Shown here: piece after piece, positions 27,888 to 39,536 of the stretch
How positions within the stretch are numbered: the stretch's first letter is position 1
Layout of the letters: each line of letters begins with the position of its first letter
Source of the DNA: Candidatus Hydrogenedentota bacterium
GTDB taxonomy: Bacteria; Hydrogenedentota; Hydrogenedentia; Hydrogenedentales; SLHB01
Reading direction: 5' to 3'
NCBI GenBank assembly: GCA_045863335.1
Contig: BTVY01000001.1
Span: forward strand, 32,001 to 96,000
DNA length: 64,000 bases
Translations under genes and position numbers: made by a program
Notes under the pieces: model-generated
The model's database searches: none
What the model was told of the DNA's origin: nothing
Seen by the model: the letters and a program-made list of their open reading frames with translations, nothing else

Positions 27888-29339
27888 ATGGCTGAAATGG
27901 ACATCGGACTTATCGGGCTCGCCGTTATGGGCGAAAACCTTGTTTTGAATATGGAGAGCAAGGGCTTCTCCGTGGCGGTCTACAACCGCACCGTCGAGAA
28001 GGTCGACAACTTCATCAACGGCCGCGGCAAGGGCAAGAACTTCAAAGGCTGCCACAGCATCGAAGAACTTTGCGCCAACCTCAAGCGTCCGCGCAAGGTC
28101 ATGATGCTCGTCAAGGCCGGCAAACCGGTTGACGATTTCATCGAGCAACTAATCCCGCACCTGGAAAAGGGCGACATCATCATCGACGGCGGCAACAGCC
28201 ACTTCCCGGACACGATCCGTCGCGCCGAGTATTGCGAAAGCAAAGGCCTGCTCTACATCGGCACGGGCGTGTCCGGCGGCGAGGAGGGCGCGCTGAAGGG
28301 ACCGTCCATCATGCCCGGCGGCTCGCCAGAGGCGTGGGAACATGTGAAGCCCATCTTCCAGGGCATCTCGGCGAAGACGGACGACGGCATTCCGTGCTGC
28401 GACTGGGTCGGCGAAGGCGGCGCGGGCCACTTCGTGAAGATGGTCCACAACGGCATCGAATACGGCGACATGCAGATGATCTGCGAGACGTACCAGCTCA
28501 TGAAGCAGGGTCTCGGCATGTCGAACGAAGAAATGCACCAGGTATTCGCCGAATGGAACAAGGGCGAACTCGATTCGTACCTCATTGAAATCACCCGCGA
28601 TATCCTCGGTTACAAAGACGAAGACGGCAACGAGGTCGTCGACCTGATTCTCGATCGCGCCGGCCAGAAAGGCACGGGCAAGTGGACCGTCGTGGCGGCC
28701 CTCGACGCAGGGCAGCCTTTGACCCTCATCGGCGAAGCGGTCTTTGCGCGCTGCCTGTCCGCGATCAAGGACGAACGAGTCGAGGCTTCGAAGCAGTTGG
28801 AAGGCCAGGTGGCTTCCTTCAGCGGCGACAAGAAGGCGTTCGTTGACGATCTCCGCAATGCCCTCTATGCTTCCAAGATCGTCAGCTATGCGCAAGGCTA
28901 CCAGCTCATGCGCGCCGCGGCCGAAGAATACGGCTGGAACCTCAATTACGGCGGCATCGCCCTCATGTGGCGCGGCGGCTGCATCATCCGTTCCGTCTTC
29001 CTGGGCAAGATCAAAGAAGCCTTCGACGACAATCCGGAACTCGTCAACCTGTTGCTCGACCCCTTCTTCAAGGACGCCGTCTCGCAAGCCCAGGCGTCGT
29101 GGCGGCGCGTCGTGTCCACCGCGGTCAACATGGGAATCCCCGCGCCCGCCATCGGCTCCGCGTTGGCGTACTTCGACGGTTACCGTTGCGAGCGCCTTCC
29201 GGCCAACTTGCTGCAGGCGCAGCGCGACTACTTCGGTGCCCATACCTACGAACGCATCGACAAGCCGCGGGGCGAGTTCTTCCACACCAACTGGACCGGT
29301 CGTGGCGGGAGCACCTCCGCCTCGACCTACGTCGTGTAG
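27888..29339 (+). CDS. gnd: NADP-dependent 6-phosphogluconate dehydrogenase, decarboxylating
   Basis: [51 protein letters not shown]; RBS GAGGAG. Confidence 0.98.
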   Translation: MAEMDIGLIGLAVMGENLVLNMESKGFSVAVYNRTVEKVDNFINGRGKGKNFKGCHSIEELCANLKRPRKVMMLVKAGKPVDDFIEQLIPHLEKGDIIIDGGNSHFPDTIRRAEYCESKGLLYIGTGVSGGEEGALKGPSIMPGGSPEAWEHVKPIFQGISAKTDDGIPCCDWVGEGGAGHFVKMVHNGIEYGDMQMICETYQLMKQGLGMSNEEMHQVFAEWNKGELDSYLIEITRDILGYKDEDGNEVVDLILDRAGQKGTGKWTVVAALDAGQPLTLIGEAVFARCLSAIKDERVEASKQLEGQVASFSGDKKAFVDDLRNALYASKIVSYAQGYQLMRAAAEEYGWNLNYGGIALMWRGGCIIRSVFLGKIKEAFDDNPELVNLLLDPFFKDAVSQAQASWRRVVSTAVNMGIPAPAIGSALAYFDGYRCERLPANLLQAQRDYFGAHTYERIDKPRGEFFHTNWTGRGGSTSASTYVV

Positions 29340-29373
29340 CCTGAGCAATTCGAAGGAGGCGCGTACAGAGCCC

Positions 29374-30282
29374 ATGGAAGGTTCGATTCAGGAATACGCC
29401 AAGATTGGCATCGTACACTTCATGGCCTATCCCGCCTGTGGGGGCGGCGACGGGCCGGTTCGGGAATCGGTCGAAGCACTGGCGAAAGATCCCCTGTTCG
29501 AAGTGATTGAGGTTACGCGGATCAATGATGCCGCGCTGCGGAAGCAGGTCCGGTCCATCGCGGAAGGAAACGGCGTAGAACTGTGTTTCGGGGCGCAGCC
29601 CATCTTGCTGGGCGGGAGTCTGGACCTCAACCATCCGGAGAACGACGAGCGGATCAAGGCGATCGAGGCGGTAAAGAACGGCATCGATCAGGCGCAGGAA
29701 CTCGGCGCCAAAGGCGTGGCCGTCCTAAGCGGCAAAGTCAGCGCCGACAAGAATGCGGCCATGGCCCGTCTTGTCGATTCCCTTCGCCAACTCGGCAATT
29801 ACGCTGGCGACAAGGGCCTGCCCCTCGTGCTCGAAACCTTTGACCAGGTCCCGTACGGGAAGAACTGTTTGATCGGATCGACCACGGACGCGGTCACTGT
29901 GTCGGAAGAAGTCCGGAAGGATTGTCCGAACTTCGGCATTATGCTGGACCTGAGTCATCTGCCGTTACAGGAAGAACGCGCGCAGGACGCCATCCCGGCC
30001 GCCGGCGACCATCTCGTTCACGCGCACATGGGCAATTGCGCGATGGACGATCCGGACCATCCCGCATACGGCGACAATCATCCGCGTTTCGGAGCGCCCG
30101 GAACGCGAAACGATGTGCCGGAACTCGCCGAGTACTTGAGAGTTCTGTTGGATACCGGCTATCTGGACAAGCAGAACCGCCGCGTGCTTAGTTTCGAGGT
30201 CAAACCCATGGCCGGCGAAGCATCCGAAGAGATCGTGGAAGAATCGAAGCGGAAGCTCGACGAGGCCTGGAAACGAGTCTAA
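29374..30282 (+). CDS. Sugar phosphate isomerase/epimerase (xylose-isomerase-like TIM barrel)
   Basis: Metal ligands LETFD, DLSH, HAHMGN, SFEVKP; ATG after AAGGAGG. Confidence 0.82.
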   Translation: MEGSIQEYAKIGIVHFMAYPACGGGDGPVRESVEALAKDPLFEVIEVTRINDAALRKQVRSIAEGNGVELCFGAQPILLGGSLDLNHPENDERIKAIEAVKNGIDQAQELGAKGVAVLSGKVSADKNAAMARLVDSLRQLGNYAGDKGLPLVLETFDQVPYGKNCLIGSTTDAVTVSEEVRKDCPNFGIMLDLSHLPLQEERAQDAIPAAGDHLVHAHMGNCAMDDPDHPAYGDNHPRFGAPGTRNDVPELAEYLRVLLDTGYLDKQNRRVLSFEVKPMAGEASEEIVEESKRKLDEAWKRV

Positions 30283-30397
30283 TCGCAACCGCGCCCGCGA
30301 GCCGCTCTGGACCGCGGGCGCGTCCATTTCGCTAACCGCAAGGATTGCCGCCGGCCTCGCACGGTTTCCGGCGAACACGAAAACAATGGAGGCTCCC

Positions 30398-31378
30398 ATG
30401 GCCAGGATCTTTGTTGCACGCCGCATTCCCGACGCTGGATTGAACCTGCTTTACGACGCGTTTGGCAAAGAGAACGTCGCCATTTATCCGGAAGATCGGG
30501 TCATCCCGCGGGATGCCCTCCTAAGCGGTGTCAAAGGTATGGACGCCATCCTTCCCATCCTGACGGACCGCATCGACGGAGAGGTCATGGCCGCCGCAGG
30601 GCCGCGATTGAAGATCATCGCCAACTTCGCGGTCGGCTACAACAATATCGACGTGGATGCCGCCACCCAACGGAAGATCCCCGTGACCAACACGCCCGGC
30701 GTCCTCACGGAAACCACCGCCGACCTCACGTGGACCCTGATGCTGGCGGTCGCACGGCGCGCCGGGGAGTCGGAGCGCATCCTCCGCGCCGGAAAATGGA
30801 CCGGCTGGGGCCCCATGCAGTTGATGGGGTCTGATGTCTACGGCAAGACGCTCGGCATCTTCGGCTACGGCCGCATCGGCCAAGCCGTGGCACGGCGCGC
30901 CCTCGCGTTCGACATGAAGGTTATTTACGCGAGCCGGCGCCCCGTGGACTCAGGCCTGGATCATAAGACCCACCCTCGTGCCGTGGATAAGAAGACCTTG
31001 CTCGCAGAGTCCGACTTTGTGAGCATCCACTGCCCCCTTCTCCCCGAAACCACCCACGCATTCGGCGCCGCCGAGTTCGATGCTATGAAGAACACCGCCT
31101 ATCTCATCAATACGTCGCGCGGCCCGGTCGTAGACGAAGCGGCCTTGGTAGACGCTTTGAAAGGCGGCAAAATCGCCGGCGCTGGACTGGACGTCTACGA
31201 GGAAGAACCCAAGATCCATCCGGGCTTGTTCGAGTGCGAAAACGCGGTGCTTCTACCCCACCTCGGCAGCGCTACGCAGGAAACGCGCGGCAAGATGGCC
31301 CACATTGCCGCCACCAACATCGTCGCGCGCCTGAATGGCGAACAACCACCCAATTGCGTGAATCCGCAAGTGCTGTGA
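30398..31378 (+). CDS. D-2-hydroxyacid dehydrogenase (glyoxylate reductase / D-glycerate dehydrogenase family)
   Basis: AVGYNNID, TNTPGVLT.TTADL, GIFGYGRIG, NTSRG.VVDE, LDVYEEEP, PHLGSAT. Confidence 0.93.
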   Translation: MARIFVARRIPDAGLNLLYDAFGKENVAIYPEDRVIPRDALLSGVKGMDAILPILTDRIDGEVMAAAGPRLKIIANFAVGYNNIDVDAATQRKIPVTNTPGVLTETTADLTWTLMLAVARRAGESERILRAGKWTGWGPMQLMGSDVYGKTLGIFGYGRIGQAVARRALAFDMKVIYASRRPVDSGLDHKTHPRAVDKKTLLAESDFVSIHCPLLPETTHAFGAAEFDAMKNTAYLINTSRGPVVDEAALVDALKGGKIAGAGLDVYEEEPKIHPGLFECENAVLLPHLGSATQETRGKMAHIAATNIVARLNGEQPPNCVNPQVL

Positions 31379-31515
31379 GTAGCGCTGGCGCTGTCGCAGT
31401 TCCTGTGCGCGCATGGGCTGGCAGTAGTTAGACGGAACGGAATCCTGACCGCAGGGATTAACGTATTGTGGGACAAATCTGACGGATACTCGGGCCAGAT
31501 CGGAGGGCTATTCCA

Positions 31516-32088
31516 ATGCGACTTCAGAGCCTGCTCATTGCCGTACTACTGCTTTCCGCAAGCTGTATCCCCTTATCGCTGCACCCCTTGTACACGGACG
31601 AGGACCTCGTTTATGACCCGGGACTCGAGGGCGCGTGGGGCGAAGAGGGCGAGCAGTGGATATTCGAAAAGGCGGACGAGAAGGAGTACAAACTCACCAT
31701 CAAGGATAATGACGAGTCCTTCATCTTCTCCGCGCACCTGGTCCAATTGAAGGAATACCGATTCCTCGACATGCAAGCCAGCGAAGTGGCAGGACTTTCC
31801 GATTTCTTCGGTGGGTTCTTGGTCCCGGCCCATGGGATCTTTCAGATCGAGCGCGAGGGCGACACGTTCCGGCTCCGGACGATGGACTACGAATGGCTGG
31901 AGGATCGGCTTGAGAAAGGCCGGCTCTGGGTTGCCCACGAGGAACTCGACGACTGGTTTGTGTTCACGGCCGACACCAAACGCATGCAACGGTTTTTCTT
32001 GAAATGGGTCGACCATGAAGATGCCTATGGCGGGTGGGAAGAAACCAATCGCCTTTCGGCCACGGGAGACGCTCCCGCGCAGTCTTAG
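31516..32088 (+). CDS. Hypothetical lipoprotein
   Basis: Signal peptide with LSASC lipobox followed by SLHPLYT; RBS GGAGG; host-like codon usage. Confidence 0.75.
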   Translation: MRLQSLLIAVLLLSASCIPLSLHPLYTDEDLVYDPGLEGAWGEEGEQWIFEKADEKEYKLTIKDNDESFIFSAHLVQLKEYRFLDMQASEVAGLSDFFGGFLVPAHGIFQIEREGDTFRLRTMDYEWLEDRLEKGRLWVAHEELDDWFVFTADTKRMQRFFLKWVDHEDAYGGWEETNRLSATGDAPAQS

Positions 32089-32166
32089 CCGCCGGTTCGC
32101 CGTCTCCTTCCTGTCTGCGCTATAATTGCGCCTCACGGCACGAGGTCAGCAAGGAAGGGAGTTCTC

Positions 32167-32817
32167 ATGATTTACGTGGGGCGTATCGTTTGTGTTGGGG
32201 CAACGGATGATGGGCGGCTATACGCCGGGTATCGGGTGTCGAGCCGATCCTTTCCCAATCGCCATGCTGTCGCAAAAGAGGACTCCGTCAGCATCATCCC
32301 AAAACCGGGTCACGAATCAGACGTCGAGAAAAACCCCTACATCGCGTACAACTGCGTGCGCATCGTCTGCGAAGGGGCCGTGGCCGTCGTCACCAATGGC
32401 AGCCAGACGGATCCCATCGCGGAGAAGATTGCGGCGGGCATGTCACCACGCGAAGCGCTCGTCTTGTCGCTCCTCGCATTGGATTACGAACACGACGACT
32501 ACAATACACCGCGTATCTGCGCCGTCGTGGACAAGGGCACCGAATCGGCCTGGCTCGGCATCGTGCGCGAAGACGGGCTGAACGTGGCGCGAGTTGCGCT
32601 GGAGCCGGGCCATTTCCGCTACGTCACTACCTACGAAGAGAATGACCTGGATCCCGATCAAGGCGGAACGTTTTCCGTTTCCAACGCGGAGAACGCCTGC
32701 GAATTCATGCTGGGCGGCGGTGTATTCGCTGCCCGCACCAACCCAATCACGGCCGTTGCCGTCGTGGCCGCGCCGGAAGGATTCGACATGGCCGTGAAGG
32801 ACGCCATTACCGCGTGA
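32167..32817 (+). CDS. purO: Archaeal-type IMP cyclohydrolase
   Basis: YVGRIV, YRVSSRSFPNR, NPYIAYNC, NGSQTD, DYEHDDYNTPRI. Confidence 0.88.
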   Translation: MIYVGRIVCVGATDDGRLYAGYRVSSRSFPNRHAVAKEDSVSIIPKPGHESDVEKNPYIAYNCVRIVCEGAVAVVTNGSQTDPIAEKIAAGMSPREALVLSLLALDYEHDDYNTPRICAVVDKGTESAWLGIVREDGLNVARVALEPGHFRYVTTYEENDLDPDQGGTFSVSNAENACEFMLGGGVFAARTNPITAVAVVAAPEGFDMAVKDAITA

Positions 32818-34367
32818 TGTCGCATGATTTTCTGAGAAATCTGGAACATCTCGTTCGCGCGCGGTACTCGCTCGTGTACCTCGTCACCTGGGAGGAGGAC
32901 CGGGCGCGCAGGCTGCTCATCAATCTCGCGGAGAGCCTCAAGAAGTCGATCTACGAGTGGAGCATCACCGATGGCATGCGAAGTATGGACGGGGCCAGCC
33001 AGGCCAGCCCCGACCGCCGTCAAACGCGGGAACCGCTGGCCGTATTGAACGAGATTCTCCAGTCCGACGGTTCCGCCATCTACGTGCTCAAAGATTTCCA
33101 CGCCTACCTGGAGGCACCAGAGATTGTGCGCCAGGTGCGGGACTTGGCCGTTGCCTTGCGCCGCACGAAGAAGACCATCGTCATTCTCTCGCCCATCTTG
33201 AAACTCCCTGCGGAACTCGAGAAATCCGTCACCATCCTCGATCTTCCGCTGCCCTCGTACGGCGATCTCAGCGCCTTGCTGGACCACACAATCGCAAGCG
33301 CAGGGTCGTCGCGGCGATTTGAAGTCCGGCTGTCGCCCGACGAACGCGACCGGCTTATCAAGGCGGCCCAGGGCCTCACGATGACGGAAGCGGAGAACGC
33401 CTTCGCCCACGCCATCGTGCTGGACAAAGTCCTCGATGCGAGCGACATTCAGGCCATCGCCGCTGAGAAACGGCAGGTGATTCGCAAGTCGGGCGTGCTG
33501 GAGTTCTATGATGTGTCCTCCGGCCTCGCGGGCGTGGGCGGCATGGACATCCTCAAGGACTGGCTCGGCAAACGCGTGCGCGCCTTCACTGACGAAGCCA
33601 GGCGATACGGCTTGCCGCAGCCCAAAGGCATCCTCCTCATGGGCGTACAGGGTTGCGGGAAAAGTCTCGTGGCAAAGACCATTGCCGCGTCGTGGAACCT
33701 CCCGCTCATTCGAATGGACATGAGCCGCATTTTCGAAGGGTATATCGGCAGTTCCGAACAGAACATGCGCAAGGCCGTGCAGGTCGCGGAGAGCGTGGCG
33801 CCGGTCGTGCTCTGGATCGACGAGATCGAAAAAGCCTTCAGCGGCGTCGGCGGTTCCGGCAGCTCCGATTCCGGCACCACAGCGCGCGTCGTGGGCACGT
33901 TTCTAACCTGGATCCAGGAGAAGACCGCCCCTGTATTCGTGGTTGCCACGGCGAACGACGTGAAGGAACTTCCGCCCGAATTGCTTCGCAAAGGCCGGCT
34001 CGACGAAATCTTCTTCGTAGACCTGCCGCGCCCGCGGGAGCGCGGCGATATCTTCGCGATTCACCTGCGTCGCGTCGGGCGCGATCCGGGCAAGTTCGAT
34101 CTCGAGTCGCTGGCGGTTGCGTCCGAAGGCTTCAGCGGAGCGGAAATCGAGCAGGCGATTATCTCCGCCATGCACGACAGTTTCTTCGCGAACCGGGAAG
34201 TGCAATCGAGCGACATCCTGCAAGCCATCAAAGAAACCGTTCCACTGGCAACGACCATGCGGGAACGGATTCAGGAGTTGCGCGATTGGTCCAGGGATCG
34301 TGCGCGGCCGGTCTCGTCACTACAGCAGCTTGACAGTCTTGGGAAACCGGCACATGGATCGGTTTGA
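32814..34367 (+). CDS. Ycf46-like AAA+ ATPase
   Basis: N-terminal inactive module (T.EE.R, KDFH), [41 protein letters not shown]. Confidence 0.9.
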   Translation: MMSHDFLRNLEHLVRARYSLVYLVTWEEDRARRLLINLAESLKKSIYEWSITDGMRSMDGASQASPDRRQTREPLAVLNEILQSDGSAIYVLKDFHAYLEAPEIVRQVRDLAVALRRTKKTIVILSPILKLPAELEKSVTILDLPLPSYGDLSALLDHTIASAGSSRRFEVRLSPDERDRLIKAAQGLTMTEAENAFAHAIVLDKVLDASDIQAIAAEKRQVIRKSGVLEFYDVSSGLAGVGGMDILKDWLGKRVRAFTDEARRYGLPQPKGILLMGVQGCGKSLVAKTIAASWNLPLIRMDMSRIFEGYIGSSEQNMRKAVQVAESVAPVVLWIDEIEKAFSGVGGSGSSDSGTTARVVGTFLTWIQEKTAPVFVVATANDVKELPPELLRKGRLDEIFFVDLPRPRERGDIFAIHLRRVGRDPGKFDLESLAVASEGFSGAEIEQAIISAMHDSFFANREVQSSDILQAIKETVPLATTMRERIQELRDWSRDRARPVSSLQQLDSLGKPAHGSV

Positions 34368-35208
34368 TTGGCTGGAACTCGACAGTACGGTCGGCGTTGA
34401 CGCGAAGGGCAAGCGCGAAGAGAAGGCAGCCCCTGCACCGCGCATTCGTCCTCACGATGCGACATCCTTCTATCGCGCTGCTAAGGAAATGCGGGCGTCC
34501 GGCCACTTCAAAGCGGCCACGGATTTCTACCGCAAAGCCGTGGGATTCGACGACCGGCACTATGCCGCTCGCGTTGAGCTAATCGATACGCTAATCCGCG
34601 CAGGCCGTCTGGCCGAAGCGGAGCAGGCGGCGAACGATGCCCACGAAAACTACCGAATGGTCCGGTCGTTCTACGCCTCGCGGGCGCTCGTGCTCGCCCA
34701 CCAAGGCCGTTTCAACGAGGCGATGCCTTGTTCCGACGTCAGCATGGAAGGCGAAGTCCGGTCCTGGTACTCGCGGTGCGTTCGGGGTGAAATTCTCTTG
34801 CGCATGGACTCGGCGTTTCGGTTCGATGCGCTAGAGCTTTTCTCGGAGGCCACTACGCTGACGTTTTACCCTTGGGAACCGCAGTTCCTTGCGGGGTGGG
34901 CATTGATGGACGCGAAGCTGTATGCTTTGGCGGCGGCTCATCTGGCCGAAGCAGCGCACCTAAACCCGCGCATCCCGCTCTGTTGGTTGTGCCTGGGCGA
35001 CTGCTTCCGGGAACTGAAGTTTTTTGAGCAAGCCATCTTCTATTACCAGCGGGTGATGGAACTCGAGCCGACGAACGAACTCGCCATCGAGCGGCAGCGC
35101 CGGTGCAGCACCTTGAGCTATGGGCTGATGCGACTGTTCCGTCGGGAGGATCTTCACCGCCGCTGGCGTCAGGCATTCGACAAGAACATGGGGATTGAGA
35201 AGGAGTGA
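34354..35208 (+). CDS. Tetratricopeptide repeat protein
   Basis: Helical repeats such as [22 protein letters not shown]; ATG overlaps the end of the AAA gene. Confidence 0.8.
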   Translation: MDRFDWLELDSTVGVDAKGKREEKAAPAPRIRPHDATSFYRAAKEMRASGHFKAATDFYRKAVGFDDRHYAARVELIDTLIRAGRLAEAEQAANDAHENYRMVRSFYASRALVLAHQGRFNEAMPCSDVSMEGEVRSWYSRCVRGEILLRMDSAFRFDALELFSEATTLTFYPWEPQFLAGWALMDAKLYALAAAHLAEAAHLNPRIPLCWLCLGDCFRELKFFEQAIFYYQRVMELEPTNELAIERQRRCSTLSYGLMRLFRREDLHRRWRQAFDKNMGIEKE

Positions 35209-35210
35209 AC

Positions 35211-36641
35211 ATGACCACCGAGTACGTGTCGCCGTTCGTCGAACGGTTTGCGACCAGGGAAATGGCGCAGCTTTGGAGCGCCCAGAAGAAGTTTTCCACG
35301 TGGCGCCGCTGCTGGATTGCGCTCGCGGAGGCGGAACAGGAACTGGGGCTACCCATCACCAACGAGCAGCTCGCGGAAATGCGCGCGCATGTGGACGACA
35401 TCGACTTCGAAGCTGCGGCGAAGTTTGAGCGGGAATTGCGTCACGACGTCATGGCCCACGTGCATACCTATGGACTCGTTGCGCCGAAGGCCAAGCCCAT
35501 CATCCATCTCGGCGCGACAAGCTGTTTTGTGGGCGACAACACCGACCTCATCCTGCTGCGCGAAGCGCTTGAGATCATCCTGACCAAGGCAGTGAACGTG
35601 CTCGACAAGTTGCGGGTATTCGCGGAGCGATGGAAGGATCTGCCGACACTCGGCTACACCCACTATCAGCCCGCGCAGGTTGTCACGGTAGGCAAACGGG
35701 CCTGTCTTTGGGCGCAAGACATCCTGTTCGACATCGAAGATCTCGAACGCGCGCGCGACCGCCTTCGCTGCCGCGGCGTCAAAGGCACGACCGGCACCCA
35801 GGCTTCCTTCCTCGCCCTCTTCGACGGCGATCACGGCAAAGTGCTGGCGCTCGAGGCGCGCGTCTCGGAGAAGCTCGGATTTGACCGCGCCTACGCCGTG
35901 ACCGGCCAGACCTACCCGCGCAAGGTTGACACCCAAGTGCTGCAAGTGCTCGCCAGTATCGGTGAATCGGTACACAAGTTCGCGACTGATATGCGGCTCT
36001 TGCAGAATTTGAAGGAGATCGAGGAACCTTTCGAGTCCAAGCAGATCGGCAGTTCCGCCATGGCCTACAAGCGCAACCCCATGCGTTGTGAGCGCGCCTG
36101 CTCCCTCGCGCGCTACCTCATGGTCGCGCCGTTGCACAGCGAGTTCACGACGGCGACGCAGTGGTTCGAGCGCACCCTAGACGACAGCGCGATCCGCCGC
36201 ATCAGTTTGCCGGAGGCCTTTCTGGCAGCGGATGCGATTCTAAACCTATACCTGAATGTAATGGAGAATCCCGCCGTCTATCCCAAGGTTATTGAACGTC
36301 ATCTGCGCGCGGAACTGCCCTTCATGGCCACCGAGAACATCCTCATGGCATGCGTGAAACGCGGCGGTGACCGGCAGGAGTTGCACGAAGTCATCCGCAC
36401 GCATTCCCAGGCCGCCGCGCAACGCGTCAAAATGGAAGGCGCCGACAACGATCTGCTGGAACGCCTGGCCCGCGATCCCGCCATTGGCATGACCGAAACC
36501 GAGATCGAAGCCGTGCTCGACATGCGACAGTTCGTAGGCCGTGCTCCCGAGCAGGTGGTCGAGTTCATCGCTAACGAAGTTCAGCCGGTCCTTTCGCGCC
36601 ACGCAGACCGCATCGGCGGTCAATCGGACGTGCGCGTGTAA
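35211..36641 (+). CDS. purB: Adenylosuccinate lyase
   Basis: [39 protein letters not shown]; alternative GTG start at 35205. Confidence 0.96.
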   Translation: MTTEYVSPFVERFATREMAQLWSAQKKFSTWRRCWIALAEAEQELGLPITNEQLAEMRAHVDDIDFEAAAKFERELRHDVMAHVHTYGLVAPKAKPIIHLGATSCFVGDNTDLILLREALEIILTKAVNVLDKLRVFAERWKDLPTLGYTHYQPAQVVTVGKRACLWAQDILFDIEDLERARDRLRCRGVKGTTGTQASFLALFDGDHGKVLALEARVSEKLGFDRAYAVTGQTYPRKVDTQVLQVLASIGESVHKFATDMRLLQNLKEIEEPFESKQIGSSAMAYKRNPMRCERACSLARYLMVAPLHSEFTTATQWFERTLDDSAIRRISLPEAFLAADAILNLYLNVMENPAVYPKVIERHLRAELPFMATENILMACVKRGGDRQELHEVIRTHSQAAAQRVKMEGADNDLLERLARDPAIGMTETEIEAVLDMRQFVGRAPEQVVEFIANEVQPVLSRHADRIGGQSDVRV

Positions 36642-36642
36642 G

Positions 36643-37617
36643 ATGGACGGACCGAAGAAGGTCGCTGTCATCGTCAACCCGCGATCCGCAAACGGACGGA
36701 CAGGAAAGGCGTGGCCCGCCTTGGAACATCGTTTCCGAGAGGTCTTGCCCCAGTTTGACGTACTGAAGACAGACCGGCCCTGGCACGCGGCGGAGCTTAC
36801 CCGGCAGGCGCTTCGCTCCGGTTGCGACCGGATCGTCAGCGTTGGCGGAGACGGCACGCACCACGAAGTCCTGAACGGGTTTTTCGATGGCTATCTCCCC
36901 ATCAATCCCGCGGCGAGTTTGGCGATCTTTCCGCACGGCACCGGTTCGGATCTCGCACGCACCCTTGGCGTTCTAAACGCGGCCAACGCCCTCAGTCTGC
37001 TCAATGGAAGTTATTCGATGAAGGTCGATGTGGGCCGCGTGACGTTTACCTTGCCGGGGGGCGCCGCGCAGGAGGTGCGGTACTTCATCAATGTCGCCGA
37101 TTTCGGAATGGGAGGCTCGGTCGTCGAATGCGTTAACCGGGGCACAAAGCGCTTGGGGCCGTTCCTGACGTTTCTCACGGCCTTACTGCGTACCCTCGCG
37201 ACCTATCGAAACCCGCTCATCAAACTTCAGATCGACGGGGAACTCCTCGAGCAACGCACCGTAAACGTCATCATCGCGAACGGTAAGTACTATGGGGGCG
37301 GCATTCACGTGGCACGGGAGGCGCGAATGGACAGCGGCTCCTTTGAAGTGTACGTTCTGGGCGATATCGGGTTCTGGAAGGCGGTGTTTAATCTTCCGAA
37401 ATTCTATACCGGAACTTACATCGATCGCACGGACCTCGTCCGGCGTTACACCGCACACCGGGTGGTGGCCCACTCAGACGAACGTGTCCTGCTCAACCTC
37501 GACGGCGAACAGCCGGGCCAACTCCCGGCCGCGGTGGAAGTATTGCCATCCGCGCTTCGATTGGTCGTTCCCGGTTCGCCTGAACCCACGCGCGCGACGC
37601 CTAACCGGAGTGTTTAG
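36643..37617 (+). CDS. Diacylglycerol kinase (YegS/DgkB) family lipid kinase
   Basis: IVNP.S, GGDGT..EV.NG, P.GTGSD.AR, NG.YYGGG, LDGE. Confidence 0.92.
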   Translation: MDGPKKVAVIVNPRSANGRTGKAWPALEHRFREVLPQFDVLKTDRPWHAAELTRQALRSGCDRIVSVGGDGTHHEVLNGFFDGYLPINPAASLAIFPHGTGSDLARTLGVLNAANALSLLNGSYSMKVDVGRVTFTLPGGAAQEVRYFINVADFGMGGSVVECVNRGTKRLGPFLTFLTALLRTLATYRNPLIKLQIDGELLEQRTVNVIIANGKYYGGGIHVAREARMDSGSFEVYVLGDIGFWKAVFNLPKFYTGTYIDRTDLVRRYTAHRVVAHSDERVLLNLDGEQPGQLPAAVEVLPSALRLVVPGSPEPTRATPNRSV

Positions 37618-39049
37618 CGATCACTTCGCCGTCCGGCCCGATCGCCAGATCGGCATCAAGTTTCAAATTGAGATTCCGCGCGCGCTCCACGAACTCCTGC
37701 TGCGAAAAGGCAAATTGCGGACTGATCTCAATCTGAATCGCAACGTTGCCGTCAGCATCGCGCGAAACTGCGTAGCCGGCCGCTTCCAGCCAGCGCGCCC
37801 ACAGTTCGGCCTGAGACTCCCGCGCCGCCTCCACGCTGTTCGCGCCGCTGAACTGCTTGATCGGCGTGTATTCGCCCGCGCGGTCGATCTCCAATGCGAT
37901 GGGTTCGTGGCCGGTAAACCGCAAGGCGTCGAACACAAAGGTCTCGAACTTGTATCCGTTCGGCTTCTCCGGCTCCACGCGCTCCCCGGACTCGTTGATG
38001 TACGGGATCTTCTTGTGCGCCCGATGCCAGGGAAACGATTCGAACCGGCTAAACACGTCCTCGATGAATCCTACTGAAATCATGTGAATGGCCGGGTTGC
38101 CCGCGTAGTAGACCGGATGACCTTCGGCATCGGTCTCAAGGAGCTGCGGATAAATATCCAGTTCCGAATACTCGATGGTCCGGTATTCGCCGTCGCACAG
38201 GCAGTGAACGCCGACCGACTCGCGCACCTCCGTCTTCCGGTGAATCTTTGACGACATCTGCCCCTTGCCGAGGATGTGATACCCGATGAAATATGGGTCG
38301 GCAACCTTTAGCGCCCAATTGTCCACCTGAAAGTAGCTCAACGTGTCCACGCCGCGCTGTTTTGCGTCGTCCGCCATGCCGTTCTCCACGACAGCGGGAA
38401 TGACGCCGCCGTGCCCATTCGGGTTCATCGCGAGGTTTCCAGGTTCATCCAGCATGAACTTCCCGCGATCGTCCACGCAGGGCACCATACGCTGCGTAAA
38501 GAAATAGACATCCGTTTCGCGCAATCCGAAGAACTCGTTCTCCTTGAAGAACGCCCGGGTTTCCTCGCGATTGGTGTCGCTCACCATGATGTACCACGGC
38601 AACACGCAGCCGTATTTGCGTTGGGCATGGAGGATTTTATCCGCGTGATACGCAAACAACGAACGGCCCGTAATGGGCCCCACCGGGTACGCCCCTTTGG
38701 GGCCGTCGTAGCCGAGGCGCGTGCCTTGACCGCCGGCCACCAGCAACATGCCCACACGGCCGCTGCGCAACGCCGCTTCGCCGGCATCCCACGCCTCCTG
38801 CGCATCCTTACGGGCGGCATCTGCCACTGGAATCGTGGGAACCGGGTCGATTCGGTCGAACACTTCCGGAGGCGGATCCTTCCTCACCCATGTATTCACC
38901 AGGCGTTCCATTAAGGGCAGGTCGATCGCGGCGATCTGGCCGGCGAAGTTTTCGCGCGCGTCGCCGGACAGGTCATCCCAGTGACGCAGCACATGTTCTT
39001 GATCGTAAGCAGCGAGTCGTTCCCGCAGCGCATCCACAGATGGGGTCAT
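37601..39049 (-). CDS. UDP-N-acetylglucosamine pyrophosphorylase-like (eukaryotic UAP/UDPGP family) nucleotidyltransferase
   Basis: LVAGGQGTRLG...PKG, P.GHGG, QVDN, IEYSE, KFETFVFD; alternative start at 39064. Confidence 0.92.
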   Translation of the reverse strand: MTPSVDALRERLAAYDQEHVLRHWDDLSGDARENFAGQIAAIDLPLMERLVNTWVRKDPPPEVFDRIDPVPTIPVADAARKDAQEAWDAGEAALRSGRVGMLLVAGGQGTRLGYDGPKGAYPVGPITGRSLFAYHADKILHAQRKYGCVLPWYIMVSDTNREETRAFFKENEFFGLRETDVYFFTQRMVPCVDDRGKFMLDEPGNLAMNPNGHGGVIPAVVENGMADDAKQRGVDTLSYFQVDNWALKVADPYFIGYHILGKGQMSSKIHRKTEVRESVGVHCLCDGEYRTIEYSELDIYPQLLETDAEGHPVYYAGNPAIHMISVGFIEDVFSRFESFPWHRAHKKIPYINESGERVEPEKPNGYKFETFVFDALRFTGHEPIALEIDRAGEYTPIKQFSGANSVEAARESQAELWARWLEAAGYAVSRDADGNVAIQIEISPQFAFSQQEFVERARNLNLKLDADLAIGPDGEVIAKHSG

Positions 39050-39438
39050 CAATCCTTGCTCCATGTTTTTCCGTATACCGACATGTTCTCCCGTTGTTTG
39101 CGGTTCGGGAGAAGACCGGGTTTAGCGCCTTGAACCAGCTCGAACTTGGACCCACAGGTGTCGCACAGTCCATACTCAAACCCCGGATGTTCGAGATACT
39201 CGCCGCATCGCGGACATGCGGGCAGGTGCTTTCGATAGACCGCTTCCAGGGAGGGGAAATCAAGCCCGCAGCACGCGCATTTCGCAACGGGAGCCACGCG
39301 GAGCCAGCATCGGGAAAACGCGCGGTACGCCTTGCAGACGGCGCAATACACCTCGCGCCCCATCACTTGCCGAACCGAAGGCGCAGGATTCGACTTCTCC
39401 GCGTCGCGTTTCTTTTGGCCAAAGAGCGCCATCATCAT
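39049..39438 (-). CDS. Small Cys-rich putative zinc-ribbon protein
   Basis: CAVC, CACC, CPRC and CDTC in 129 aa; abuts the UAP gene. Confidence 0.7.
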   Translation of the reverse strand: MMMALFGQKKRDAEKSNPAPSVRQVMGREVYCAVCKAYRAFSRCWLRVAPVAKCACCGLDFPSLEAVYRKHLPACPRCGEYLEHPGFEYGLCDTCGSKFELVQGAKPGLLPNRKQRENMSVYGKTWSKD

Positions 39439-39536
39439 ACTCGATAGGAGTTGTAACGCCCTCGGTGGGCGTCATCGATGGAACGGCACACCGTCACGGA
39501 GCGTCGGGCAAAACAGACACCGGCCTGAAAACGAAT

